From positions 350,858,001 to 350,922,000 of the forward strand of contig OZ024741.1 of assembly GCA_964016885.1 (NCBI GenBank): DNA of 64,000 nucleotides, read 5' to 3'. The position numbers were made by a program, and so were the translations under genes. A model generated the notes under the pieces. It made no database searches. It had not been told where the DNA came from and saw only the letters and a program-made list of their open reading frames with translations. Shown here piece after piece: positions 1 through 13,106 of the stretch. Source of the DNA: Eledone cirrhosa (taxonomy: Eukaryota). Each line of letters begins with the position of its first letter. The first letter of the stretch is position 1.

Positions 1-44
1 CTTAAATGGAGTCCATCACAGTTCTGGGATACAACATGTTTTAA
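1..44 (-). CDS. SIRT7: SIRT7 exon 6 (partial)
   Basis: Acceptor ttgcag, then LKHVVSQNCDGLHL (sirtuin SQNxDG motif). Confidence 0.9.
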
Positions 45-3000
45 CTGCAATTCACAAAGAAAATATAATGTCAATGTTTACAAATTAGCTGAGTTTATTT
101 GAAGCATTGTGATATGAAGTTATGATTATTTTAAGCCAGTACAATGCAAGTTGGAAAAAATGGAGTGAAAAGTAAATCCAGACAAACAAAACTGAACAAT
201 AGTTTACATTTTTACTTTATATTTCATGATATTTTGAGGTTAGAATCCGTTTTTCAAAAGAAAGGAAATAGAGAATGGTGTTGACGACATGTCAATGCTT
301 GTTTAGTTTAAAATGTCAACTAAATGGTAGTAGAAGTATATAGTAGATGACATGGTAATGGTGGTGGTGCTCTCAGAATATTTCTCAAAGAAAAACAAAA
401 ATTCTGACCTCATGTTAAAACGAGAAGGGATAAACAACATTCTCAATATGATTCCATGCTAATTTGGGGCTCTAAAAGACTTATGTAGCTCATTTTAGTG
501 CATTTCTTCATAGAAATATAAGTTTACTTGACAATGAATTCATCCATTTCTTGAAATTCTTGATATTTGAAGCCTTGGATTTATGTTCTCTTTCATCTTG
601 TGATATCTTGTGGCCATAATCAGCAACGGCCATATTAAATTGGCAAGAAATCTTTCTTTCTTGAAGTAAATATGTTCTTTTCTAAGCGAAAATTAATTAT
701 AAAATTTTCACTTTACATTTCATCACGATTATCTGATCTACTCCCATTGATTTTTATATCAAAATAAAGCAAAAAAAAGTTCTCTTCAGGACTGTATCAT
801 TTTCAACACAAATCAAGTTACAGTGTTCCAGCATATTGAACTAAAACTATTGTTACTGTTCAACAGTCATAAACGAAAATGGGATGTTGTAAATGGGTGG
901 AAATATGAGGGTGATCAAGGGGATCTGGCATGATATGTAAGTGTCAGATTTTGATCAAACGTAAATGAGGAGAAAGTTCACATCCAGAACTTTCAAACGA
1001 TATATAATTGTCCACAGAAAAAATGTATTTTGACATGAAAATGATCAAGCAAAAAGAGGATTTTTGCATGGTCAAACTGTGCTTATTGCCCCTTCTCGAA
1101 GCTCTACTGTGATACCTAATTATAACTTAACATTTCATGAACTTACACTGTCTACAGCGAAGAAAGCTATTTTTATCACTTAGTCAGGGAGGGAAGGACA
1201 GTGCCCATGTGCCTTCTCTGAGATTTGTGAAAGGGAAGAAAGTAACCTCAAACCAGCGACCTGGCCTGAATGCTTGGAACAGAATGGGACTTTACTTAAA
1301 GTACCTAGGTGATATGACTAACCTTTTTGACATCAAACTGACAAAAACCCACTCTTGTTCTATGAGACAAAACCTCCACATTGTAAAGATTTCTTATTTG
1401 AATTAAAATGTTTCAACATAATTTATATAAACATCTTTTAAGTTATATTACAAATAACATTTTAATAATGAAATTATTAATTTTAGTAAATCCCTCCACA
1501 TTCTTTATTATTTAATTGAAATACAGTATGTATTAAAATGCACAGTGGAATTAAACCCAGAACAAACCATGTAATTTAGAAGTAAACTTCATTTCGATAG
1601 TTGTGTCTGCGACTTATACTTTAATAGCTAATATCATGTGTTATTACAAAATAATACTAAAGTAAAATTGTATATAATAACATGTGTGTGTATGCTTTTA
1701 ATGTTTTCAAGTCTCTAACATGAGGTAATTGTTTCAGTACCAAAATACAGAAGAATTGAGAGAAAAACTGGGCATAATGAGGACCAGTTGTAGTGTACAA
1801 GAAGAAAGATTATGCTGGTATGAACATGATAATTGTTGGGTGTAGATGTGCCAGGAAATGGCAGAAGAGGAATACCAAGGAAATCTAGGACAAAAGTGGT
1901 GAGAGTTGATTTCAAGATATTTAACCTCACAGAGGAAATGATGAAGGAATGCAACAAGTGAAACAAAGTTGTGCTGGAGAAGACCCATCCAACTCATGAA
2001 AGCATAAAAAGGATGATAAAGTTGATCATCATCATCATTTATCGTTCATTTTCCACGCTAGCATGGGTTAGACAGGTTGTCCTGTTTGAGGCATGTCTGG
2101 TTAGGTGACTGTGTCTTGCTCAAACAGAACTGTTTCTGGCTTAGTTTCTATGGCTGGATGCCCTTCCTAACACCAACCACATTTACAGTGTGAACTTGGT
2201 GCTTTTTGTTGTGACTCCTACACGACCACTTTACAGTGTGATAAGACAATCTCAGATCAAATTTCTTACCAAATAAAGGTAAAAATATAAGTTTGTTAAA
2301 TCACCTTATTAGATTAAGTGTTTCCATAAAACAGTTAACTTACCTTGCCATGCTTATAAAGGGTTAGCAAACCCATATGAGTTTTCGTTGGTTCTGCATC
2401 AGTCAATTGTTGAGGTCTACAAAAATAATAAATTTAATAATTATATAGTAACTAATAGAATCAGATGGAATGGTAAATACTCCACAAGACATAAACAAAT
2501 GTCACTGCAGTGTCAAATGTGAAATGAAGATACAAAGACAAACACACACACACATCTACCACTGATAAGGTATTGGGTTAAACTGAAGCTATGTTAGAAG
2601 ACACTTGCTCGCGGTGCTGTGCAGTGGGGTGAAACTTAGGACAATATGGTTGTAAAGCAAACTTCTTAACCACAAGGGTATATTTTTGATGATTTTCGTT
2701 ATGATTAATTTTATGAGAATGACAATATTTATGACTAAGCTTTCAGAGATTTAAACTGTCAAAAATATAACTATTTTATGGTTAAATATTAAAAGTTAAA
2801 ATCTGTCCCAAACCTGGAAGTTCATAAAGCTTAAGCTTATCAGGTTTATAGTGTTAAACAGGATTAATCCCCCATCCACCCAGCAGTTGCTGGTACTCTT
2901 CTAAGCTGAGATATCTGAAGCAATGTGAAAAGAAATATTTGGCTCAAGAACATGCTACCGGTCAAGGAATCAAACACATGACATTATGATCATAAGCCCA

Positions 3001-5538
3001 ACACTCAAACTACTAGGCCACACACCTTCACATTAAGTATGGAGAATTTCTCAAATATATGTTTTTGTAACTGGTCAGCAAGTACACAGGACTTATAAAG
3101 AGGTAGCAAAATAAACTATATCCATGTTGTATCCAACCCTCCAGGTACCACCTCAACCATTACACAAAGTCTTTCTTTCCCAGAACCTCAGCCCTCTTGT
3201 ACTCCCTTCCTATTCATGTCTTTTCTACAGGAGTCAACTTGCATCAGTGTAAATGAAACATAAATAGCATAAATATCTTTGGTCACATAAGGTTTGAAAA
3301 TGCCATGGGCATTGCTTTCTTCCAGACACCAAAAGATATTTTTTTAAATAAATAAAATGCACAATAAAGTGGCTTACTTTAACTCTTTTCCCTTTTGGAG
3401 TAGGGTCCATACACCATTTGGTCCTCTATAGTCAGGGATGGAAGCAGCCTAGTAAAAAAAAAGAATCAAAATTTATTTAAAGATAAGTTAGTAATACAAT
3501 GATTAAATTGAAATTAAAATACTTATCTTGATACATTCTACAGAAATTTATGCTAAACTATACGAGAAATACTGAATATTTCAGAATATGATTAATTAAT
3601 AAGAGGGAACACATCACTGTTAAATTATTTATATGAGCACATGTCATATTAACTGGGTATGGAACAAAACAACCTCTCTTGTGTTGTGGCTATGACAAAT
3701 GAACACAGTACAGCCTGTAAAGTGGTTGGTGTTAGAAGGTGCACCCGGCTAGAGAAGTCATAACAAACATGGAATGAACAAGTGATACAAAGTCCTCTAA
3801 CTTATCTAAAGTTTATGGGATACCTGCAGTTGCCCATGCAGTAACTCTGAATAAGAACTGACTCATACCACAATAATAATCATTGAATCCAATCATCTTA
3901 CTAAACTGAAAAACAACACTTACTGTACTGATTCCTGCTCCAGTATAGACACAGATACCTTTTGATTTCTTAATAGCTTCAGCAAGTTGGTCACATTTCT
4001 GTTTGAATACTTCAGTGGAATCTTCAATCTGAAACAAAATAATTGACACACTTGTTAATTCACAACCCAGCTGACCCACTCATGCTTCTATGATACAAAA
4101 CATATCATCTTAACCCTTTAGCATTTAAACCAGCCGTATCCGGCCAGAATTCTCTCACCGCTTTCTGTTCAAATCGACCATAACTAGCTACACATATTTA
4201 TGTTAAGGTATTGTTCTCAAAATAAATAATATCAAAATCTCATAGATTTTTGAAATAAAGGGTTTATAGTGAAAATACAATAGTAAATATAGCATAATGT
4301 AAATGCTAATGAGTTAAAGTATTAGTATTGAAATTAAAAATCTTCTGTTATGAATTTATGTTATCTTCGATTTATTAATTATCATCATTTTTACTTTTCT
4401 CTGTTTGCATCAATTGAATGAGTAGATATTTTTCCTATATCTGAATACCATTCCTAATGCCAACCTATACTTTATTACAAGTATAATATATACCGCTGAC
4501 ATTTGTTGGAACAGCTACAGAGGGGGCCGTATTGTTTATAGTGAACATAAACATCACTACATGCTTTGAATAGTGTTCATATGAAGATATTCATGGTGAC
4601 TGAAACACGAGTACATACATGCATATATATATATATATATGACAGTAACTCTGCAAAGGGGCTGGGGTTACGAACGGTATCTAGCTATAGAAATCATGCC
4701 AAAACCTGAAAGTAGGTAAGCAAAACATTCCCCCACCACCAGCAGCCTGTCTGAGAGCACAGTAGCTCCAATTAAGTACTGACTTGGTTTGTGATGACCC
4801 CATCCAACATATACCAGCATGGAAAAATTGGACGCTAAATGATGTTGCAGCTGATGATGAATGAAACAAATATTGTCAGCATTTTATTTGTTCCTTACCT
4901 CCATTGCACGTCTTTTTAATTTGCATCGCATCGTTGCTCTTTCTACAGCCTTTTTAACAAGATCTGGGTACTTTTCAAGAATTACAGACTCTTCAGAACT
5001 TCTTTCTTGCTCAGACTTCTTTAAGATTTTGTTGATCTTCAGAAAAAGAAATGAAAGAAAGAAATGTAATCCATATTATAATAATTGTACAGCATATTTT
5101 TGACCATCTGTCACATGAACACTTTCATATGACAAAATAATTTTAAAACTTTTTTATTTACAATTCATGAAACAGAATAAAAAGACAAAAATTGGAAGTG
5201 CAAATGTTCTAAATGTTTTCATTCATGCCAGAAATTATTTGCTAACGGTGTTGTCTGCTTGTCTCCCTCTACCCCTATATATATATAGGGGTAGAAACAC
5301 CCCTATATGAGTGAGACATGGTCACCTGACACAACTTGCCTCTAAATGGGACCCGTATAACCCATGCTACAGTGGAAGATGGACGTTAATTGATGCTGAT
5401 ATATATTATATTATTTATTTATATTCATACACAGAACAAAGGTACTACCCAAGGTCTCAAGACCCAATGTTTACCATACCTCCAGATTAAAAGAGGTATC
5501 AAATTTGTGACCTTTCTTCAGGTGCTTATACAAGTTTA

Positions 5539-5607
<69 letters not shown>

Positions 5608-6411
5608 TATATATATATATATTGAGATAACATAAGCATTAGTTGAATAATATGTATTGAAAAATTTGTAAAGCTATTGTTATATATGTTCTGTGTTATT
5701 ATATGTACCTTCTTCTATTCTTAAAACACATCTCTCCTGAATTTCTGGTTCTTTCTATGATGACATAAATACATAGAGCTTGAAAATATTATTACTTGAC
5801 AGTATCAACTCTCTTTGGTTTAACATATATGTGTTACAATTTGATGAAGAAACCAAATATTTCTTATGCCACCTTTAAAACAACGGTTTATGTTTTAGGT
5901 AATAATATATTGTACAAATGAACAAATTTTATTTATTTTGAATGATGCATGTACAGGTAACAACCCCCTCCAAAATCATGTTAAACTGCATTTTTTAAAT
6001 GTTTCTACACAGCTTAATCAGAGGAAAGACAGCAGCACCCATGACTTTTTCCAGGGTTTCCACATTTGATAGGATGAAGGACATTAACTACTCACTGTAC
6101 CTTCAATGCTTGCAACAGAGTGGAATCTGTAAATGCACTAAAATGCAAAGTGGTGGATTACGTCTATCAAGCAAAAGTAGCTATATATGTTCATAGATTG
6201 TTGCTTAACCACCAATAAACAAACAAAGTATATAAATAGAATTTTTTTTAAATTGTACAGATCATATATGATTGAACAGTTAAGGAGTTTCTCTTTGTAA
6301 CCACATAGTCAGAGGTTCGGTCCTATAGCACAGTGCCTTCGGCAAGTGTCTTACTAGAAGACAAAGTCGGGGCGATGAAATATCAAAGAGAATCCACATG
6401 TAATATATATA

Positions 6412-6453
<42 letters not shown>

Positions 6454-6985
6454 GTAACCTTATTATGTAAGAAGCTGTCCGATGAAAGCATGGCACTGAG
6501 TACGCGGAATCGCATGGCCACTGTCGTCATCGAAATATGTATTGAATTGCATCAATGTTTTTTATCATACGTGTGTGTGTGTGTGTGTGTATATATATAT
6601 CATCATCATCATCGTTTAACGTCCATCTTCCACGCTGGCATGGGTCTGGACGGGAATTGTCCCACTTGAGGCAAGATTGGTTGTCTCGCTCGTATTAGGA
6701 CTGTCTGGCAGGTTTTCTACAGCTGGATGCCCTTCCTAACACCAACCACGTTTACAGTGTGGACTGGGAGGTTTTTACCGTGTTACCTACATGGCCACAT
6801 TACAGCGTGGACTGTGTGATTTTTTGTCGTGACACCTACACAACCTCATTTATTTAGGACTGGATGTTGTGGTACCAACATAGCTTTACATCGAAAAGGG
6901 TGGTGTAGATGGCGGTGGGGGTAGAGGTAGTGGGACGGGGGTGTATTTTGGTTAAGAGGTGCCTACTGACTGTAGGTTTCGCTTT

Positions 6986-7024
<39 letters not shown>

Positions 7025-10000
7025 ATATCATCATCATCATCATTTAACGTCCATCTTCCACGCTTGCATGGGTTTGGACGGGAGTTTTCCCACTTGAGGC
7101 AAGATTGGTTGTCTTGCTCACATAGGACTGTCTGGCGGGTTTTCTACGGCTGGATGCCCTTCCTAACACCAACCACGTTTACAGTGTGGACTGGGAGGTT
7201 TTTACCGTGTTACCTACACGGCCACATTACAGCGTGGACTGTGTGTTTTTTTGTCGTGACACCTACACGATCTCATTTGTTTCGGACTGGATGTTGTGGT
7301 ACCAACATAACTTCACATTTAAGGGGGTGGTTTGGATGGGGTGGGGGTAGTGGGACAGGGGTGTATTTTTGTTAGCGGTGCCTACTGACTGTAGGTTTCG
7401 CTTTGTACTTAGGCAAGGCGGGTCTTCTGTATTACTGTGTAGCGCCAAAGATCTCGGTCCAGTAACATTGTCTTGGAGAGGTGTAAGTGTGTGAGGTCGG
7501 AATTTATCAAGTCGTACCAGATTTTTCTGGGTCTGCCTACTCCGTGGCTACCGTCTATTTTTATCGCTCTGCACTTTTTTATACAGCTGTCATCTTTCAT
7601 GCGTATCACGTGACCGTACCAACGTAGTCTTCTCTCGAATAAACAACATCTGATCCCTCTTATTCCTAATTTCTCCCTTAGTTCGTTTATGCTTTGCCGT
7701 TCACGTATATTACTATTACACATCCAGCGGAGCATGCAAGCTTCGTTCCTCTCTAGTCTGCGTATATCCTCTGCACACAATGCCCAGGTCTCACTGCCAT
7801 GTAACATTGTTGTTCGTATGCAGGCATCATACAGCCTGCCTTTCATTTTTAGAGAGAACCCTTTAGCAGCCAATAGTGGTATAAGCTCTCTGAACTTTTT
7901 CCATCCCGTTCTGACTCTAGCTACTGTACTTTCAGAGCACCCTCCCCCACCCAGGTAACGGAAGGTGTCCACTAATATATATATATATAGAGAGAGAGAG
8001 AGAGGCACATGGCTTAGTGGTTCGAGCATTGGCCTTGCAATCGAAAGGTTGTGAGTTCAATTGTCAGACCGGGTGATGTGTTGTTTCCTTCAGCAAGACA
8101 CTTTATTTCACATTGCTCCATTTACTCAGCTTTAGAAATGAGATGATAGGACTGGGGTCCCTATCATTCCATTGCAAAGTGGTCGTGTAGGTGCCAGGGA
8201 AAAAAAGCACCCAGCACTCACTGTAAATGAGGTTGGTGTTAGGAAGGGCATCCAGCTGTAGAAATCAAGCCAGAATCAGTTCCCGTCCCCCCCTTGCAAG
8301 CAGGGAAAAGCGGACGTAAAATGTTGATGATGATGATGATATATCATCATTATCATCATTTTACATCCGCTTTTCCCTGCTTGCAAGGGTGGGACAGGTC
8401 CTATTCAGCACAGCATCTCTCCATTCGTCATGGTACTTCATCATCTCCTCTGTGAGCTTCAGTGATCTGAGGTCAGCTCTCACCACCTCCGCCCATGATT
8501 TTCGTGGTCTTCCTCTATTGTGTCTTCCTTCTACTGGGATTTCTTATATATAACCAACCTTTCATTTGTAGGGAGAAACCCTTCTTCGTCAAAAGAGGAA
8601 GCAGCTCCCTAAACTTCTTCCAACATGTCCTTATTCTAGATACTATGGCCTCGGAGCACCCTCCTCCCTGGCTAATCTGATCACCTAGGTATCGGAAGCT
8701 ATCAACCACCTCTATAGATCCTACCTGCATTTGAAAAATGTGTCTATCACTGTGACTTAGGGACCACCAGATGACAGATCGGAGTACTCTATCAAAGGCC
8801 TTCTCTAGGTCAACAAAAGCTAAGTATAGTGACTTATTCTTCTCGAAGAATCTCTCTTGTAGTTGTCTCACTAAGAAGAGGGGATCTGTTGTACTTTTCC
8901 CAGGCAGAAAACTAAACTGCATCTCATCTAATTCCTTTCTCTAATTAGTTGTGCTAGTATTCTTTCTGTCACTTTCATAACCTGATCCATCAGTTTTATG
9001 CACCTATAACTGCTCCTCTCCAGCGCATCCCCTTTACTTTTGTAGCAATTTATGAGAATGCTGCTGCACCAGTCTTTGGGTATGACTTCGCCATATTGAC
9101 GATGCGTGCAACCAGTTTAGTTCCTACTTCTCTTGATACCTTCAGCATCTCAGCAACTATCCCTGACAGTCCAGCGGCCTTACCACTTTTCATTTCCTTA
9201 ATTGCCTCTTTGACCCTATAGTCGTCAATCTCAATAGCTGGTCCCTCTGTCAGGTCTACTGGGGTAGTTTCTCTCTCTCCCATTCGTTCTCAACATTCAT
9301 CAGTCTCTCATAATGACATTTCCAAGCCTCCATTTTTGAGCATCAGTGACACTAAGTGCACCAGCATCATTTCGGACACACTTATCTCCAACAACGTCCT
9401 GATTTTCACTGACAAACTGCCTTGCAATGCGGAACACCGAACGTCTCTGATCTTCTCATCGCAGAACATTGGCAAACCTCCTACTCTCAGCTTCCCTGCG
9501 TGTTAAGTATATCTGACGTTTAGCTTCTCTTTTAGCGGATGTGTATCGGTCTCTACTCCCACCATTTTCCCAATCCTTCCATGCTAGTCTTTTGTCTTTA
9601 ATGGCGCTATCTACCATGCTGTTCCACCACCAGGTCACCCTCTGTCTGGTCAGAGCTCTGCTCCAGCCACAAGTTTCTTCAGTAGCCTGTAGTAAGTTGT
9701 CACGTAAGTAATTCCTGTTATCATTTATGTCATACAATTCTAACTCGTCTTCTTTCTTGTCATACACATCTTGAAGGGCTTTCCTAAATTTATATTTTAG
9801 TAAAAGGTCTTTTAACTTCCAGATCTTCCTTTTCCACACCTTCCTGTGTGTCTCATTTTGTCTCTTGCTTATTGAGATGTCACTAACGACTAACTTATGT
9901 TGGGGGTACATTCTTCCCCGGGGTATGCCTTTGTATTTGACACCATCTGTCTGTCTCGTTGCCTAACTAGCAAGAATTCAATCTCGCTTATGTGCTCGCT

Positions 10001-10519
10001 TGATTGGTAGGTTATTAGGTGGTTGGTAGATTTCTTGAAATTAGTGTTGCAAATGGTTAGTTCACTTACATCACAAAATTCAAGAAGCCTCACTCCTTCT
10101 TATTTCTTGAGACATAATCATGACCACCATGTACCCCAGTATACCCATCCTGGAGCTGTCCAACATGACCATTGAAGTCCCCTGCTTGCATAACTAGGTC
10201 TCTGTCCTCTGTCATTGTGGCTGTTTCTAGAAGTGGCTCGTAAAAGCAGTCCTTCTCTTCTTTACCTAGGCCCGCCTGGGGAGAATAGGTAGAGATAATC
10301 GTCAGCAGTCTCTTGCCTACAACTAATCTAATCTTAATTATTCTATTACTGACTCTAACTACCTCTATTGTCTTATTGATCCACCTCTCGGTCAGTAAAA
10401 TCCTACCCCACCTAACCCATCATCATTTCCTACCCATAAAAGCTTATAGCTAAGCTGTTTGCCTGCGATTAGTCTTGCTGAGGCACCTCTCCATCTCACC
10501 TCTTGCACGCAGCACACAC

Positions 10520-10550
<31 letters not shown>

Positions 10551-10551
10551 T

Positions 10552-10594
<43 letters not shown>

Positions 10595-12753
10595 TACACA
10601 TACATATATACATATAACTTTGATAAGTTTCGGGCAGTATTTACCCAGGCCATGTCTAACTTAATAGCACCACCTGGCGAAGTCTTTCAAATCAGGATTT
10701 GGACACCATGGCCCACTCAAGTAAAGAGTTATTGTTTACGAAGACATCCGGGTGTAGGGAGAGTACGTTAAAATAAACATTCCAAGTTGCGAGGCTCCCT
10801 CATGCAGATGGTCAATTCCACTCTGATAGTAGTGAGCAGGGAAGTGGTCCGGTGACAAAGAACGCCGGAAGTCTTCATCGTTACAGGAGAACGGCCAGTA
10901 CTTCATCAGCTAACGATCTTCGACTTGTTTACCAACAAAAACTAGACCTGTTGCCACTGGAGAAAGTGCTGTAGCATTGTGTTTGTGTCCCAACGGAACG
11001 GGAAAATCGATACCATCTGGCGAGTAAGCGGGAGGGAGATTAGGCAGAGAAGAGGACTCTACATTTGATATATTTTCAACGAGCAGGCATTGTTACATTA
11101 AAGTACCAGACACAGATATATATATTAGATAAGCATCAAGAATTTAAAAAAAAACATTTATAACAATTTAACTTATCGATTTTTCTTCTATAGGTTCGCT
11201 CACAGACTGTTTAAGCAAGTTATAGGTTTATAACAATCAAAAACAAAGTTCTTTAACTTTCACTGGGTACAAACAATAAATAGAAGTTACCTCCCCTCGT
11301 TTTATATACGGTATAAACAAAGAATTTAATTCATGTCACTACATGTGAACACTAATTGAACAGATATCTGTAATAAAGTCATTCCAGCCGTAGCCACCCC
11401 GTCTTCTTTTTTTAACATAGTAGTGTGTGATTTGATGGAAAGTTGGCTTCTATATCTAGCAGATCGAAGAGGCGACTACGTAGAGAAAGACTCCCTTGTG
11501 TCTTAACTGGGGATAAACAAGTACCTGTTATTTCAAGAGGAAGGGGAGAGATATTTGGGAGAGTCTACAATCCTGGAAAAGATTTGATTCAAATCCATTA
11601 AACGTTATAAAATCTGGAGTTAAGCATCATGAAAAGATTAACCTTATTCAGAGAGATGGTATGTGATTCTGAGGACATCATAAAAAGTCTTTAGTTATTA
11701 TCATAGCGGTGGGTTGCAGAATCGATAGAACATCGGATTAAATGTCATGTATTTAGTTACATACGTTCTGAGTTCAAATCTAGCTGAGGCTGATTTTTTT
11801 TTTTACTGTACCCATCCTCAAAGTATGTCTTTATTAGAACGCATTACTAAGAAAATAATTTTTAAAAGATATCTTTTAATTAGCGAAAAGGCCAAATTCT
11901 GAAGGGTTTCTTATATATTACTGGTAATTATTTTTTATCGACATAGAAGGATAAAAGAGAGAATCAACGTCAGGAGGTTTTGTACTTATAACACAAAAAC
12001 TATACAATGTGACATTTAACGTGCGAAACAGCCAAACAAACAGATGTTTCTATCTTAGACACGACATGAAATATTCAAGAGGTGGGGAACAGTTGATTGA
12101 ATCTACTCTTAGAATATCACTGATATTGCTTCATCACCATTGAGGAATAAAATACAAAATGAAACACTATGCGGGTGGTTGACAGAATCGGGAGAGCGTC
12201 AAGCAAAATGCTTTGTGGTATTTGTTCCGACTCCTTATTTTCTATTTCGAATCAACCTTGCTTTTCATCATTCCGGGATCGATAAAATAAATTACCAGTC
12301 AAGAAGTGGAGGTCGATTTAATTGAATCCCCCACCCTCCAAACTATTGTGATAAAAAAAAAAAATTATTTACAAAGTGGGGAAGATTTGCTATTACACTA
12401 CGATTGGGGCTTACAAGGAGCTACTTATCTGATAATATTCATGTTATAAATATTGAACAGACAAAAATGTTTCGCTACAAACACTGAACAGAAAATAGTT
12501 TGAAGTAATTCGTTATTTAAAAACAAAAACAACAAAGTTGACATTACTTTGTGAATCCATCACACCACGTCGTAATAATCGATTATAAAATCAAATGTAA
12601 ATTGTTCAATAAGGTATACATTTTGATTTTTACCTGAAATACTCTTTTCCGAGATTCCTGCAGCATAAGCATTTGATCGAGGGAATCCAATTTCCGTTTC
12701 TGACGCCGAGATAACATGAGAGAACCTAAATTTTGACATTCTGTCGACGCCAT
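1..12753 (-). CDS. SIRT7: NAD-dependent deacetylase sirtuin-7, 5' part (6 exons; continues off the left edge)
   Basis: Exons 12634-12753, 4899-5036, 3924-4028, 3378-3448, 2344-2416 and <1-44 have GT/AG ends and consistent phases. They read MASTECQ...SRRQKRK...[29 protein letters not shown]...AEPTKTHM...KHVVSQNCDGLHL. The N-terminal basic helical extension is typical of SIRT7 rather than SIRT6. Confidence 0.95.
1735..2030 (+). mobile_element. Degenerate RTE LINE 3' fragment
   Basis: Decayed ELREKLG...VQERRLCWY...GRGIPR...VVRVDF coding remnant matching the other RTE copies. Confidence 0.6.
2344..2416 (-). CDS. SIRT7: SIRT7 exon 5
   Basis: 73 nt, PQQLTDAEPTKTHMGLLTLYKHGK, tag/gta ends. Confidence 0.9.
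3378..3448 (-). CDS. SIRT7: SIRT7 exon 4
   Basis: 71 nt, [23 protein letters not shown], tag/gtaag ends. Confidence 0.93.
3924..4028 (-). CDS. SIRT7: SIRT7 exon 3
   Basis: 105 nt, [35 protein letters not shown], cag/gtaagt ends. Confidence 0.93.
4110..4317. mobile_element. piggyBac-type MITE (about 200 bp)
   Basis: TTAA-CCCTTTAGCATTTA ... TAAATGCTAATGAG-TTAA. Confidence 0.8.
4899..5036 (-). CDS. SIRT7: SIRT7 exon 2
   Basis: 138 nt, INKILKKSEQERSSEESVILEKYPDLV...KLKRRAME, aag/gtaag ends. Confidence 0.88.
6600..7975 (-). mobile_element. RTE LINE 3' end with a tandemly duplicated 3' UTR
   Basis: ORF 7409-8029 (FRYLG...WKKFREL...LHGSETW...RRLRWYGHV...GRPRK). The roughly 380-bp 3' UTR with a (GAT)n tail occurs twice (about 6600-6990 and 7027-7410), separated by (TA)n. 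Confidence 0.85.
8004..8342 (+). mobile_element. tRNA-derived SINE with RTE-type tail (family A)
   Basis: A-box TGGCTTAGTGG, B-box-like GAGTTCAATT, core CAAGACACTTTATTTCAC, (GAT)n tail; near-identical to the 16507 and 30064 copies. Confidence 0.85.
8343..10510 (-). mobile_element. Degenerate RTE LINE (APE plus partial RT)
   Basis: VQEVRW, LLEFC...ICNTNF, TWWWN, KAAGLSG, FVDLEKAFDRV, FRYLG; many frameshifts and an internal RT deletion. Confidence 0.88.
12170..12350 (+). mobile_element. Old tRNA-SINE, family B (core resembles the Nin/Deu domain)
   Basis: CTTTTCATCATTCCGGGATCGATAAAATAAATTACCAG core, with related copies near 11705 and 17160-17375. The domain name is from recall and was not searched. 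Confidence 0.5.
12634..12753 (-). CDS. SIRT7: SIRT7 exon 1
   Basis: ATG at 12753, 40 codons MASTECQNLGSLMLSRRQKRKLDSLDQMLMLQESRKRVFQ, then gtaaaa. Confidence 0.82.
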
Positions 12754-13022
12754 CCTTTTTTTTTTGTTCGGTCGCTTACAGAAATAATAAATAAAGTTTA
12801 AGTTTTTTTAATTTTTTATTTCCATTTTTTTCAAAAATAAAACTCGATGAAATGATAAAGTATAAATGTTACATTCTGATTCAATTATTTGTTGAATTGT
12901 TCTTCTTTTAATTTGTATGAAATATATTAAAATGATGAAGAAATACTATACACAAGAAAGATGTTTTCATTGTTGTTTATATTTATAATGTTCTAAGCGA
13001 TTAACCACGCCAGAAAAGTAAA
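12754..13022. promoter_or_regulatory. Putative bidirectional promoter and 5' UTRs between SIRT7 and METTL23
   Basis: Only 269 bp separate the two divergent inferred start codons. The interval is AT-rich and has no recognisable TE. Confidence 0.55.
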
Positions 13023-13106
13023 ATGCAGTGTGTAAAAATATTCTCGAAAAAGTTTAATTTTATTAATGAGAAATCAAAAGAAACTTTATTTGTTGTTATT
13101 CCAGAG
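13023..13106 (+). CDS. METTL23: METTL23 exon 1
   Basis: [28 protein letters not shown] then gtatat; phase 0 joins exon 2. Confidence 0.75.

Noticed and set aside
6452-6570. Hammerhead-like CCGATGA...CGAAA between microsatellites
   Set aside because: The core is non-canonical and there is no convincing stem I or III.
10985-11015. Walker A-like PNGTGKS
   Set aside because: It sits in a short frame that stops a few codons later, with no other ATPase context.
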